Of a stretch of DNA of 64,000 bases, positions 1 through 14,524 are shown in pieces; within the stretch, counting starts at the first letter, position 1, and every line of letters begins with the position of its first letter. The notes beneath the pieces were generated by a model, which worked only from the letters and a program-made list of their open reading frames with translations, was not told the origin of the DNA and ran no database searches. Made by a program: the position numbers and the translations under genes. This stretch comes from Octopus bimaculoides (taxonomy: Eukaryota), in assembly GCF_001194135.2 (NCBI RefSeq), contig NC_068991.1, forward strand, positions 79,443,422 to 79,507,421. The letters run 5' to 3'.

Positions 1-40
1 TGATTTATTAATAAATTGATAATCCTTTACCCTTTTAATT

Positions 41-81
<41 letters not shown>

Positions 82-229
82 ATGTGCACACGTAGACACA
101 CACTTGTAGACATTCACCTATATATTCAGATACACATATAAAGACACACACCCATATATGCTTACACACACAGACACACACACACACATACATATATACT
201 TACATTCTTATATGAATATACGTGATGAT

Positions 230-1190
230 AGCCTCATCTTGGCAGAGGATAACAGTTTCGCGTTCATTCTCATCGCTCTGATTTGCATTCATGTTTTGCT
301 TGTACGTAGATTTTCCTGACAAAAGCCTGTATAACAGTAGTTTCCACTGACAGGCTTTGCAAAATGAGTGATACTATTTCGATTGCCGGTTTTATATCAG
401 CGTGTTTCCTCTTGACGTGAGCTGCCTTTCCAACGGCATTGTCTTAAATGATGAAAGCCTCCTCTTCTCTTGGAGAAATACGTTATTATCATTCCGGGTG
501 ACAATTGACTTGTACGGAGTGGCTGCATGTTTCCATCATCTCCAGGACTGGAGCCTGAAAAGTGGATGCAGCCTAATGCCATACCCAGGGACAAATCTAT
601 ATCTGCATATATATAAATACGCACATGTATATGTGTGTGTGTACGTGTGTGTATGTGTTTGTGTGTGTGTGCATGCCCATACACACACACATACACACAC
701 AAACATACAAACACATACAGATATAAGTCTTAGCAGTATTGAAGATGTCGTAATTTCTCAGATTGTGAGTGATGAGGAATGACATGTTTACAAGTTCATT
801 TGCACTTGTTTCTGCTTGTTTTTCTTCTGACTTCTCTAGATGGCATGTTTTCGCTTTGATAAATCAATAAGTCTAGTCGAGTATTTTTGTTTTTCATGAA
901 ATATTTCAAATTCTTGTAATCATTTATCCCCCAAAATTAAGTCTATTACTTTGGTACAGACTTGCTTTGACAGTCAGATAGTATATTTCTTTTTGTATGT
1001 GAAGGATGGAACAGATGAAATTTCATGTGGTGCTGGGTTTCCAGCTGTTCATTATGACATTCAAGAATTGCTAGGTGAATGATTCTGGTAGTTGGAACTA
1101 TAGATTTTACTTCTAAGAAACTCAGAGTTGCACATGTGAGGCTTCTTGTGTCGCAGTTGCCGTTCCGTTTATTTGTAAATAAATATTGTT
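230..1190 (-). mobile_element. Ancient RTE-like LINE ORF2 relic (region upstream of RT), interrupted by a (TG)n microsatellite
   Basis: Minus-strand translation around 250-480 gives ISPREEEAFII*DNAVGKAAHV...LQSLSVETTVIQAFVRKIYVQ...CYPLPR*G. This resembles the RTE motifs EEV..AI..L..GKA.G.D and FIPLPKKG. Many stops; extent approximate. Confidence 0.5.
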
Positions 1191-1417
1191 GTCAAAGAAT
1201 TATTTTCAAGTATAAATTTCAATCGTTCTAAAATAAAATTTCTCTGATAATTTTTTTCCGAATATGAGGTTTTTTTTTTACCAGATCTCGACTTGAATTC
1301 CTAGGTCATATGATATTTTGGTGAATAATATTACTACTTGATAGCACAGTAGCACAGTGTGAAATCTGAAGGTGGGCAAGGCTTTATACTGTACTCTACT
1401 ACGTTCTTAACAGAATA

Positions 1418-1528
<111 letters not shown>

Positions 1529-2140
1529 GTCACTATTTGAGCTACTGATAACATGTAAACCAGTGCAACCAATGACATAATCTGGACGTCGGTGACCCAA
1601 AAAGTCTATTTATTAACGGCTCTGGCTTTCCGTTTTGTGCGCTTCAGGACAAAAGAAGAAAGCTTGTCAAAGGTCGAATGAAGACAACAGCTAGAGCTGA
1701 AAACCCATACTCTTTGTTTAAAGATGTCTCATATTGAAGGAAAATTCTAATTTAACACCTGGATTTCGTTTGCATCCAATAATGTAAACTTGCTTTTTCT
1801 TTGTAGCTAAACAAATACGTTGTTAAGACAGTGTTAACGGCTATGCGCCAGGCTTTTCCTCATTCAAAAAATCCCATTAGCCATAAGGTTGGTTTGATTT
1901 TAACATCATTATTATTTGTTGCATAATATGGAAAGCCATAGGCGAAAATGCAACGTATTCAATCAAAAATTCTATAATGGAATGAATAGATGTGTCAGCG
2001 CTGGTGTAGATCTCGAACCACAATTGCGCTACTCATATTTAAGACAACCACTGATAAGATTGCTGGAAATCGAGTAAACTTCATGTATGTTTGTATATGT
2101 ATCCATGTATGTGCACTTGTGTGCTGGTCTTTAGATATTG

Positions 2141-2207
<67 letters not shown>

Positions 2208-3190
2208 TGCTAGTTTAAATACATCATTTACAGGTCGGTAAAATAAACGCTTTTGGCGAGATGAAAGAAGTTCCCTCTATATTTTATTAAACCTTATGAT
2301 TAACGTGCTGCAGATTACAACCTCGTTATGGTATTAGAGATAACCCCTTGTTATGTTCAACTCCTTTCCTATATATTTCAATTTCCATTCTGTTCTTAGC
2401 GATTTCGCCTTTCAATTGTTGTGATCTATTAAGGAATATTCCATTCTCTGATTCATTTCTTCCCCGCATAGTTGTCATTCTATCAATGCACGATATTATC
2501 GATGGCCAACCACATAAAAGCATTTGCATATTCATAGTGTCATAAAGTAATTATTTTGTAGTATTTTATTTCTCTTTTCGTTTTGAGTGCAAGACTATTT
2601 TATTGTTCAAAATTTGACACACGCACATAGAAGCTTTGGACAATATTCCTCTTCTCAAATGATCTTGTAGCTTAAATCTACCAATAAAACCCGTTTAAAT
2701 TGTCTTCTATAATTATTTATTGATTTAGTATTAATTTATTAAAATTACAATTGTATTAGTTACAATTATGCTAGCATATAAAACCAATAAAATAAACCAA
2801 TGAAATAAAATAAACTAAAATTAAATATACCACCGTGAAAAAAATTATACATCCTTTGTAATAGATGATACGATATTAATTAGGCAAGTGTACCTGAGAC
2901 AGGTAGGGAAAGAGAGAGAGTGAAAGAGAGACAGAGAGACAGAGAGAGATCTGTACAGTCTGGTTTTATCATGAGCTCATCATTGAAACACATTCTTCTT
3001 TAAGAATGTCCAAGTTATTATAGAGTTGGTAGTGTGCAATAACAGGAATAGTTAAAGAATAGTTAACTGAAGGACACCAACTGCAGGAAAAAGTTAAGAT
3101 TAATGCTATCTTATTTAATGCAAATACATACCCTCTTTACACGAGGATATAGATAACAAGAAGTTACAAAATATTTAATCTGAAAGTATC

Positions 3191-3506
3191 GTGGCACTCG
3201 TTCCGTTACGACGACGAGGGTTTCAGTTGATCCGTGAAATGAACGTGCAAGTGGCTGAGTACTCCACAGACACGTGTACCATTAACGTAGTTCTCGGGAA
3301 GATTCAGCGTGACACAGAGTGAGACAAGGCTGGCCCTTTGAATTACAGGTACAACAGAAAGAGGAAAGTTGCGATGAAAGTGTACAGCAGGGTTCGACAC
3401 CCCGCCCACCCCCTGCCGGAGCCTCGTGGTGCTTTAGGTGTTTTCGCTCAATAAACACTCACAATGCCCGGTCTGGGAATCGAACTTGCGATCCTACGAC
3501 CGCCGT
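3191..3506 (-). mobile_element. tRNA-derived SINE, family A (5'-truncated copy)
   Basis: Reverse-complement homologue of the copy at 10044-10405. Shared segments include gggaatcgaac..cgatcc (B-box), ctcaataaacactcacaa, gtgcaagtggctgagtactccac and the acgacgacgagggtt tail. Confidence 0.85.
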
Positions 3507-4144
3507 CATGGGGTTAAACTTCAGGTCCTGTTAGTATTTATTTTCGGTTGATTTTAATGAAGTGATGTGAAATCAAATGTCTTGTTGAGGTATACAATTT
3601 GATACCTTGTCCGAAAATCAAATAAAAGATCGCGAGCACGATGTTGTAATCATTGGATCATCTGTAATATCAATGAGCTAATAGAGAAAGCATACATACA
3701 GCGTGTGTTATCTCTAAAGTTTACCAGAACAAAACTGTTAAAACCTCAAATTTCCATATAAGCAATATCTTTGTATGCACAATATTTATTCGGATATATT
3801 TTGCTGCAAGACAACGGAAGTTTTAAATCAGAATTTTCATGATGGGGAGATAAATTCCAGCTATTCAGAACAGCGGTTTTACGGCAGTAGTTTTAGTGTG
3901 AAACAGTTTCGCCAGAATTACAGATTTAAACAGCACCCGAAACGCATGCCATGAGAAGTATTTCATGTTGGAGGTGCTTGTTTCTACTACCACTTCTGAA
4001 GTTTATTTGCATCATATACGCACACATACACGTACATGCACACACATGCGAACGTGCACACAACACCCGCACATAGGCAAATATCAGAAACTTATGTATT
4101 GTGTCTTATATGTATATATCTTTTACTTGTTCGATATTACCGTC

Positions 4145-4187
<43 letters not shown>

Positions 4188-5374
4188 ATATAAATATGGT
4201 TGTGTGTTTATGTGTTTCAGTAATTATATACTCATATCCACATTTACTTGTCTGTGTATGCATGTACGTGTGTGATATTATTGTTGCACATTCTCCTGGA
4301 ACAACATTGATTTTTAAAAAAAAAGATCGAAAGTAAGTGTTCCTTTGATTGACACAAGTGTAGCTTAACCATTAATCCCATTTATTCCTAATGGCATTTA
4401 AAATACGCCTATATTTACTTCTTTGCACACAAATATTTTGAGTATTCTTAAATCACTGAGAATATTTGGCGCCAAAAATCTCTGTTAGATTGATATTTGA
4501 ATAAATATATTGCAGGTTATTTTGAATGGAATGTCATTAGTGTAAGCCAATAAAAGACTGCACAAATAATTTAATTTGCGCAAGTCTGCATAAATGCGTT
4601 GATGGCCTGTCGTCTGCATAATGATAAGGAGACTTTTTCATAAAGAAGACAATCTATAAAGATGTGAATTGTATTTAATTCTTGCTCCAGCAAGTTTGTA
4701 CATTTTAATTGTGTAGTCTGTATAGGTCACTCACCATTTAGCAAGAAATGTGCGTTGTTTCCGATTAATAAAAACTGGAATTTGGACAAAATTATTTAAA
4801 TTCCTCTTGACCTAGGACATATAAATGATACAATCAAATGTCAGATTATCTGAATAGAAAGAAAATTTAGATTACAATAAGTTTTATACATCTGTGTAAA
4901 CGAACACACTGAATCAAGATAGCGGAGAATAATGCATGATATTTAAGCCTTTCTCAAAGGTATTGTCGTAAATAAATTACTTTGCCTTCAACTAGAAATA
5001 GAAGGTTGATCGTACTCATGATACGCAAGGATATTTGACTTATATACTAAATACTGCAAGAAGATAATTAATTTAGTTGAATAGATACAAGTGAATAATA
5101 TAACTCAAGGGATGATAATTACTGTCTTATCGCTAAAACTGAAACCCTTGAAACCTTAATTAAGTAGTATCTGAACAGATGAAGAAAACGCAGGAGGTAA
5201 TTCAATTGTGGATTATTTCAATGACAAGGGAAAGCTGCATACATTGTTGTATCAAAGTTTTGTGCTCGAATATCTTTCGTTAATATTACTGATTTGAATA
5301 TAACAGATCATTAAAATATCGGACATTATCGCTTACTGCGCACTGATAATTATGGTTGTGATTCTACTTCATCG

Positions 5375-5520
5375 TGAGGAGAATGGCGAATTGTCAGAGC
5401 GGGGAGAGCGCTCGAATAGAATGTCTCGTGGTATTTGTTCTCACTATCTGCGCGCTAAGTTGAACTCTGCCAAATTCACTTTTGCCTTTTATCCATTCGA
5501 GGTTGGTAAAATGTATGAAT
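5375..5520 (+). mobile_element. Degenerate tRNA-derived SINE, family C
   Basis: ttgaactctgccaaattcacttttgccttttatccattcgaggttggtaaaatg matches the gcctttcatcctttcggggtcgataaa central domain of the 12573-12767 copy. Confidence 0.6.
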
Positions 5521-6045
5521 CCGAAGAGTTGAATTGCCGGAACTGTAAGAAGTTGAAACTGGTGTTTTTTTTTGGTATTTGTGCCGACTCGTAATATTCT
5601 AAGTTCGAATTCCATTGGGGATTTCCTGGCCTTTTAAAATGTCCACTCTGTTGCTAACATTTGTGACAGGTCTCTGCTTCAAGAATACCCTCCACCCTCC
5701 TTATCCCCAATCTTTGATGCCCTGTAAGAGGTTTTCTCGGAACATAAAAATAAAACAAGTATGTAAAAGAAGTATTTAGTGACGTGGTAGAATGCGTAAG
5801 CATAGTGACCTGCAAGTTCGTTATATCAGGTATTTGAGTTGGTGAAGCGGTGCAAAGGGAAACTGTTCGGAAACGTGTAATGTGAGGACATAAAGACATA
5901 AAATAAAACACCTCGTCTAACATTCCTCCCTGCGTCCTGTTTTGTTTTCGTGAGTATCTGACGCTCCATTCCTGTCTTGTAGACCTTGCTGCATTTCAAA
6001 CGTAATGGACGCTGCTCTTTGTCTTATGATTCATCCAGACATACA

Positions 6046-6145
6046 AAAGTCCTCTTAACACAAGAAAAGTCCTCTTAACACAAGAAAAGTCCTCTTAATA
6101 CAAGAAAAGTCCTCTTAAATACAAGAAAAGTCCTCTTAAATACAA
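6046..6145 (+). repeat. 20-21 bp minisatellite (aaaagtcctcttaacacaag), about 5 units
   Basis: Units read directly in the sequence. Confidence 0.9.
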
Positions 6146-7724
6146 TCTACAATATTAGTTTGAAATTAGAACTTTGATCAGAAGAGTAAGTAGCAGCGTC
6201 AGTAAATCCTTCAATAACACATCACAATAACAACATCAGTTGATTACCCCATCTAAAGTAGAAGAGTAAATAAACTCGCTTATAAATTGTCTTCAGAATC
6301 CTACAACAAAACTGCAAAGAGACCAGGCAGAGAAAAGGGAAGTCCAGAGATCTTATGATGCTGAATATCATTACAGAATATTGTAACAGATATATAATGT
6401 ACACCAGGAAGAGCTAAAACTTCTGTAGCACCGTTTATCATAAAATCAACCATATGTTAGAACATAGAGTTTGATCCTAAACCAGGGGTGGAGAGTTATA
6501 TCTAAATAAATAAAGGTGTGGAATGCACAGAGCCGCTTCACCAAACAACAAGAAAATGTTCGCAATGATACCTTATTGCAATAGCAATGAAAAAGAATAC
6601 CATTGTAACGCTGAACTCATACTAGAGTTCGTATTATTTTCCAAACTGTAATATCAAATATCTGTGCATCGAATGATTATAAGCCTTCAAGAATACCACA
6701 TTGTTTGTGTATGTTGCATGAAAATGGAATGATGAACTCTGAAACTATGTTTAAAGTTAGAGAATAAAGGGAAAGAAAACAAATTAGATTTCAAATTTTA
6801 TTTTGTTTTCAAACTAGTTGTTGGTTTCGTTTATAGATTGAAAGATATGATTACACAGAGGAAAGCAATTTTAAGCTGATGCATATTGCTGAAACAGTTT
6901 CTAAATTCTTGTCAATTCTAACCGAAACCAGCATTGGCATTGTTTCCTATCATATAATTAATGAATATAACTGAGAATTTGTTTGGTAGTTGAGTACACA
7001 CCCTTTCTAAGTTTAGTTTGATATTCAAGTTCAAAAACGAAATTAAATTTAGTAATTTTCAAATATGAACGGGTTGCGTCTTCCATAACTGTTGGGAAAG
7101 AAGATGTAGTTTAATTGTTTACATTTCGTTAAATTTTCAGAATTAACCGTGAGCTAAACAACATGCACTTTTTGTGCGGCTCATCTCACCAAACAATAGA
7201 TTAGCTACAAATTTTCTTACCTAATTGGCGTGTTGTTCGTTACGTTTCTAAATTCCAAAGAGATAAAAGTTGCTTACATATATCTTCCTTTCAGTGATTA
7301 TTGATTTTAGCATTATAGTGAAAAGTCTAAAACTTTCAGAAAACCTGCTTTGGGGACGAGATCTTCAACGAAGAATAAGAAGAGACTCATAAGAGAATCT
7401 CATTGATGAAACATTGTAGTAGAGATGTTCTCTTGATTGAACAGCAAGAATTAACTGTGAGGAATAACTAGGAATAATTTAATTTTCGTTCTTATTCCCG
7501 AAAGTCACTGAAACTGTGAAATCAAAGTTACATTCTATTCCGTTTGAGTAGTCAATGACCGAAAAAGGCATCGCCCTATTGGTTTACGTAGTGGGAGAAC
7601 AGACACACACGCAAGCGCACACAGGCAAACACAGACATACACACACATACGCACACAAATACATACATGCACGCACACAAACACTCACACATATAGGTAT
7701 ATAGGTATTATTGTATGTAAATGG

Positions 7725-7880
7725 ATGTGTGCTGGTGAAGCCAGTAAAGAAGCCAGCTTCGCAACCACGTCCTTGGGCTTCAGTCCAACAACTGCGTGCC
7801 ATCTTGAACCTATACCTTCTGCTAGAGCTGCCGGCCAACAAGTCAGTTGATTCGGTGGGTGAATTGTTAGTCACCAGTGT
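7725..7880 (+). mobile_element. Degenerate SINE family B head
   Basis: gtaaagaagccagcttcgcaaccacgtccttgggcttcagtccaacaactgcgtgccatcttg aligns with the head of family B (reverse complement of 41820-41990). Confidence 0.6.
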
Positions 7881-7952
7881 AAACACTTGTACGTCATCGT
7901 GATATGCTATATATAACTGTAAAATAGTGAATGTACAAGCCTCCATATTCTC

Positions 7953-7954
<2 letters not shown>

Positions 7955-8018
<64 letters not shown>

Positions 8019-8750
8019 CATATATTCTTTTATGTTTTTTCTTACTTTCTTTACTGGTCTCAGCCAGACGCTGCGTTCATGCCTATCAGTGTTTTGAGGT
8101 CTCCGTTCGATACTGGTTTTGTGCCTCCTGCTTTGTGCACGTTTCCACACATACACTTTGCAGATCTGTTAGGTTGCTTGTTAAAATGCTGTGGTCCTCT
8201 GAAATCCAAGCTGTTGCAATACTAGGTCTTTATCTGAGATGATGAAAACGGTATCCTTGGCATTATGCAGTGTTGTCCACTACATTTTTTGATATAAATT
8301 TTAATTCTAAAGTTAGGAGCTAGACCTCCCAGGATCTTCCATATGTATACCACTGCATACCTTTCTCGCCTTCTCTCCAGGAAGCAGAACGTCAGTTTTC
8401 AAAGCCTGTCCCAGTAGCTAATTAGTTTCACCGAGTCAATCTTCTCTGCGTAGTGGCATCTGATTGCCTCAAGTTCTGTCACCAATTTGGGAGTAGTAAT
8501 CCAGACGATTGAGGATAAATATCCTCCATAGAGGTAGCAAGGTATCTAGTGTTGCCTTCCTGGAAATATGCACGTGGAATATTGCATCACTTCTCATGTG
8601 GATCCCTAGGTCAAGCACCGATTCTAACTCTAGGATTGCGTTGCCCTCTGGTCCGATAGCAGACTGCTTGACACTTATCAGCATTGAACTGCACGCTATT
8701 TTCATCAGCCCGTTCGTATATAACATGCAGGTCATTTTTCAATTTTGCAG
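7955..8750 (-). mobile_element. CR1/L2-group LINE 3' fragment (RT C-terminus) with (TAA)n tail
   Basis: Minus-strand peptides ELESVLDLGIHM, LWRIFILNRLDYYSQ, KLISYWDRL*KL...LERRRERYAVVYIWKILGGLAPNF and YCNSLDFRGPQHFN follow the CR1/L2 RT C-terminal order. The fragment ends in the (ATT)n run at 7955-8018. Confidence 0.85.
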
Positions 8751-8761
8751 TTTTACTATGT

Positions 8762-8798
<37 letters not shown>

Positions 8799-8971
8799 NN
8801 NNNNNNNNNNNNNNNNNNNNNNNNNNNNNNNNNNNNNNNNNNNNNNNNNNNNNNNNNNNNNNNNNNNNNNNNNNNNNNNNNNNNNNNNNNNNNNNNNNNN
8901 NNNNNNNNNNNNNNNNNNNNNNNNNNNNNNNNNNNNNNNNNNNNNNNNNNNNNNNNNNNNNNNNNNNNNNN

Positions 8972-9640
8972 GCGGACAAGAGAAACAATTAGAAGGACGG
9001 GCAAAAAAGAAAGACGGGTCATTTGTGGTTTTCTTTTCTCAGGGAAGTTCCAGATGTCACGACCATTTCGGGCGAATGTGTCTAGCAACAAAGACAAAAT
9101 AAAAAGAAAACAAAAACGGAGAACATGGTACACCATTACGAATACAAACAACAAGTAATAACAACAGCCGTCTTTCGACGGGGATCGAATCAAACTGAGC
9201 TGGCGTTTATGAAGTGAAAGCCTAAAGGCAGGAACATAGGAGATGGACATAGAAGGTGTTGGCGGTCGGCAGTCAAGCCAAGAAAGAATGATCATCGCTG
9301 ACCGGTCACGTTGAAGGAGGAGAGTTAGGTAGTGGCAGTGGGATTGAAGGATTAGAAAAAATCAGACAGAGAAAGGTACAGGGGAGATGAACGAGTGGGA
9401 AATAGTGGGAGTTAAAGAAAGAGAGGGCAAAAAAATATGAGAGAGGGGGAACGAGAAGCAGGAAGGAAAATGAGAGGGGGAATAAAAGATAGAGTAAGAG
9501 TCGTAGAAAATTTAGATACATACCTATGCAGTAGAGGACATAAAACATTCAGACAAATGGATGATACAAAGGCGGACAAGAGAAACATTTTAAGATGTAT
9601 CTCGAAGCACAATAAGTTTCAACCGCACGTAACCTACATA
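8972..9640 (-). mobile_element. Probable Penelope-like element 5' region
   Basis: 16-bp direct repeat gcggacaagagaaaca at 8972 and 9571. The S/P-rich N-terminal-like ORF resembles octopus PLE starts as I recall them; no catalytic motif seen. Confidence 0.4.
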
Positions 9641-10043
9641 TTGCACTACATTCACAGAAACGTGTTTTAAATATTTTCAAAGTGCTTCTCAGGTTTCCTC
9701 TCTATTTGTGCAAAATAATAGCATCTATTTCAATACATTTTCAATAAGCTGACCAGACTATATCCTCAGTCATCGTTAGATAAAACATTTTCTCAAGCAT
9801 TCGCAAGTGATACTCAGATGTCTTTATAAGGTTTTCTTGCGCTTTTTTCTTTCTAATTATTACAAAGTGACGTTCATATATTTTTAAGAGAATTATTTCT
9901 CTCGAAAAAGTTCATTACTAATGTTGTGGGTAATGATTTGCATCGACAAATGAAAATATACTTTTTTCTATACGATGACTGAACACTATTTTTCATCTAT
10001 GTTGGAATCAATTCTTTTTCTCAGTATATAGATACTAAAAAGT

Positions 10044-10405
10044 GGAGGCGCAATGGCCCAGTGGTTAGAGCAGTGGACTAGCGGTCATAGGATCGCGGTT
10101 TCAATTCCCAGACCGGGCGTTGTGAGTGTTTATTGAGCGAAAGCACCTAGAGCTCCACGAGGTGGCGAACACTGCTGTACTCTTCCACCACTACTTTCTC
10201 TCACTCTTACTTCCTGTTTCTGTTTTGCCTGTAATTCAAAGGATCATCCTTGTCACACTGTATCACTCTATATCTCCCCGAGAACTACGTTAAGGGTACA
10301 CGTGGAGTGCTAAGCCACTTGCACGTTAATTTCACGAGCAGGCTGTTCCGTTGATCGGATCAACTGGAACCCTCGACGTCGTAAGCGACGGAGTGCCAAC
10401 AACAA
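10044..10405 (+). mobile_element. Near full-length tRNA-derived SINE, family A
   Basis: A-box (caatggcccagtggttag) and B-box (ggtttcaattccc). Body is homologous to 3191-3506; ends in a ccaacaacaa tail. Confidence 0.9.
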
Positions 10406-12572
10406 GATACTAGACTTATACATATTGGGTAATTGTGAGAAAAAAACAGTTTATTTATTTAATCATCGGCCAGCGATGCTTTTACTGTATTATGTTTCCT
10501 TTGAAAACATATAAACAGTATTCCATCAAGGAAAATATATAATATATATATCAGAAACAACTGCGACATTAATGTGTAACTCTATCTTCGTTTCGTGAAA
10601 ATAAAGAATTTTAAACTATTTTCTATTTTAACATGTCACTGCACCACGGTTCTCGAAGATTCTTTCGATAAATGAAAACTAATTAGTTTGAGATATATGA
10701 ATATCTATTTTTTAAAAAAGTTATACTTGTTCTCTAGTACACTGTTTTGAGGTCCCCAGTTTTCTTATAGTACATCACACAGATGCATATGCATACACAG
10801 AAAATCTATACACACAACCACACAACCACACACACACACACAAACACACACACACGCACACACACGCACATATATATAAAGTTTGCCATTGAAGCGTTGA
10901 GATGTATTGAAAGATACAGATAAGGAAGTTTGAGAATAAAATTATTTCCTTATCTGTATCTTTATATATATCTCANNNNNNNNNNNNNNNNNNNNNNNNN
11001 NTATATATATATATATATATATATATATGGTTATGTTTTGTCTGGATAGTGTTTTAGAGTATTCGCTGCTCTTGAATCTTAGAGTGACATCAGAGAAATG
11101 GGCCTTGGTTAGCTGTCTGCAAAAGTTATTTCTTGGCCGAACTATCTGAAGATATCAAATAGTGTCTTCAATTTATCGATAGTGAGACACATCATTATTA
11201 ATTCAATTAATACTTGCTTAATTATTAATTCACTTCGCTATATTAACCGAAGCACACATGTTACGTAACCGTAAATCAAACAGCGCGAAGATGTATAATT
11301 GTATGAATTGCAAGTATAGACCATTTTAATAGGTTTTATTTTGTTAGTCCCCAGGTATTTTTATTCTGTAGAGGGATCTCGGTGATTTCTCACCACCATA
11401 TTCGTACAGATAAAATGTTTAGTACAAGATTTTTATTCACAGGAACAGGAAATTTCACACTGCTTTGTAATATATTGGTTCACATCCAAAATAATTATTG
11501 TTACGTTAATATCAAATGGTAGAACTTGCTTTTGAATCTGCTTAAAAGAACTACTGCAGTAGAAATGTATTGAGTCGTCATGTTTACTCAAAAGAATAGA
11601 TTTTAATATTGTTGCAGAACCTAAATATTTTGAATTCACGATTGCTTACACAATCTTTCATTGCATTTATTTTTGTCATTGTTGTTTAAACCGGGATTAT
11701 TCTTGATTAAGAAGAACTATGATCAACGTTATTACACCCCTGACAACCCTGCGTTTCTTTCACTTATAATATTTCTAGGTTTACATTAACTAATTTGCTA
11801 TTCTTTTTCAAGTCAAGAGAACGTAAGTTTTCATTTAATCGCCTGCTTTTTCTATTAGGTCGTGCGAATCTGTTAATAAATATCTTATTAATATTGCATG
11901 GTACTGATAATGAAATCGATAATGAATTCTAATCAATTCCGTATTTAGACAATTGTGTATTTCAGAAGTACTCATCATGCGTATACCTTTATTCAGTAAA
12001 AGGTGCATAATAATTCATTGCCATCTTTAAATTTCATACTATCTATATAATTTATCTCATTCTTTGACAAAGAACTATTTACACATAAATTGAATATTCC
12101 ACAGTTTTGGATATCAAAAACGGCGTCTATGAAGCGGAAATTAAAGTTGAAATGTATTGAGATTTTAGATCTAAAACGGATAAATAAACTTTTTATTCCT
12201 GTTTTTTTTTTCTCTTAGTTGCAACATATTTCATTTTATGTAAGATTCACTTAACAATTCGCATCCTTCAACGTTTTGTACATCTAATAATCTGTCTCTG
12301 ACTACATAAATTAATATATGCTAATTTATAATGATAAATTTAGATCGATTTGGAGGAAATTGCACTGTTATTTCTAGAAGACAGCAACTGAATAACATGG
12401 TCGGTCCGGTCGCTTAAGTATTTCATTTGTGCCGGAAAAGAAACAGCTATCGGGAATTGGTCGCTCCAGAAATAAACTCTACCTCTCCAGGTTTAGTGAC
12501 CTGTTTAGAGCTCTGCAATTCTTTACTACTCTTGGCACAAAGCACGAATTTTTTAATATTTTAAAAATATTC

Positions 12573-12767
12573 TTTTCTACTCTAAGCGGAAATCCCGAAA
12601 CTTTTGAAGAGGGGACCAGTTGATTACATTGAACCCAGTACGCAACTGGTACTTAATTCATCGAACCTGAAAGGATGAAAGGCAAAATCGACCTCGGAAG
12701 AATGTGAACTCAGAATGTAAAGAGATGAAATACCGGCGTGCTAACGCTTCTGCCAGCTCGCTGCCTT
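12573..12767 (-). mobile_element. tRNA-derived SINE, family C (Meta-domain-like core)
   Basis: Reverse complement reads aggcagcgagctggcagaagcgttagcacgccgg...ttctgagttcacattcttccgaggtcgattttgcctttcatcctttcaggttcgatgaattaagtaccagttgcgtactggg. Confidence 0.85.
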
Positions 12768-13209
12768 GCGCTTTTACTTAATATTTATATCTTAAGTGAC
12801 AAACATTAACTTTATATATTTCTTATAAGATTTCTATGTTTCAACTACTTTATTTGAGTAATATTTTCGATAATTCTTGGACTTACTGGAATGTAGATTA
12901 TAAAATTATAGGACGTCATACAAAAGCACAGTATACATACATATGTGTGTGTGTTTAAAGAAATAATTTTTACATAAAACCTACAGACAATTTGCGAAAT
13001 TCCTTCCTAAAGGTTAGTACCATTCTACTCTCTAACTTTTGGAAAAAAAATCTTTTTCTAAATATTATCAAGTAATTTCCTAAATACTTCTAAATAGATG
13101 CACACACACACACACACACAGAAATTTTACTCAGGATTTCACGCTCCCGTTAGTTGGACAGTTGTGATAACAGTTCCGTGATAATTTTGTAGCTATAATA
13201 AAACAAAAG

Positions 13210-13288
13210 TACACACACGCACGTACACACACACGCACGTACACACACACGCACGTACACACACACGCACGTACACACACACACGCAC
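13210..13288 (+). repeat. (acacacgcacgt)n minisatellite
   Basis: Directly visible tandem units. Confidence 0.85.
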
Positions 13289-14524
13289 AATATTTCCTTG
13301 GCCTCGTCTTGAAGGTGTGGCTACGTATAGATTTTAGAAAATAATAACAACGACACCTTTATTGTCAACGTTTCACAAATGTTCTAACGATTATCAGTTG
13401 CTCTAAGATGGCGTTTATCTTAGAAATTCTGACACAACAAACTGTATGTTACCCACAACCATTTGAATCAAATACTATAACCCACTGGATAGTGTAGTAC
13501 GAGTTACAGCTTCCGATCAACTTTTGATCAGTATTAGATGCTGCTCAATTCATGAAAGTTCTTTTCAATATATACACATAAATAGACACCCACTTATGCA
13601 CACGTATACGCACATACACAACCAAAATATTTAAAATACATTGTTTTATATTTCTTTTTTTTTTTTCTTCAAGTGGATATTTTCAGTTGGAACTATTATA
13701 TTTACGAAAGTGGTATTATAATAACTGAATAGACTACGATAGCCAATGATTAATGGAATGTAAATATATAATTTTTCAAACAATATTTAAACGTCTTATG
13801 ATTGTCATTTATACTCGCTAATCTAATGATATTGTTTGTTAATGATATTAGTAATGTTATTGCTTTGCCTCTAGATATCTAGTCAAATATTTGCTGATAT
13901 TGGAGGAACAACAATTTTCGGTGGATACAAAATGAACTCTTTCGTTCCTGTAGGCTGCCTGTTCTGTATTCAATAATATGCTGCATCCTGTTGTTGTTGC
14001 TATTTAACCTGCTGATCAAATCTGATTAAAGATACCTATTACGGACAGAATTGGCATCCTTAATCATCCATTCTTTCTAGGGTTTGTTGGAATCGGAGTT
14101 ATCTTACATAAATAAAGTATAAATATAAAGGATCTCATTATAATTTCCAGGATATGCAGTGATGGTGGTGAAAATTTATTTTCGTTTTTCTTTTTATAGC
14201 ACTTCGATTGCTAGAAAAGAGAGCATTATTTCCTGAATATTTATATAATTTATCTATAGAGTTTAAAACTTTAAGAACGCTTCTCACTTCTCTTTATCTC
14301 TCTGTATATTATATATATTCTTTATTACCTCCACCTGTTTTTTCACTTAATTTTTGAGTGCGGCTGCGTTCATTTTTAGCATTCTCGTTTGTGAGAGCAG
14401 TCGAGTTTATTTCAGATATTCTCATTTAAAAAATCATCTCCAGCTAATCGTTGAGAGGACGTTGGTGTTGCCTTGGCAGAGGGATGCGCTCTCTGAGTGC
14501 TCATGTTGTTTTATTTTCTTTTAT

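Noticed and set aside
7584-8156. 190-aa minus-strand ORF
   Set aside because: A chance frame running through a LINE tail, an (ATA)n run, a SINE head and a TG repeat.
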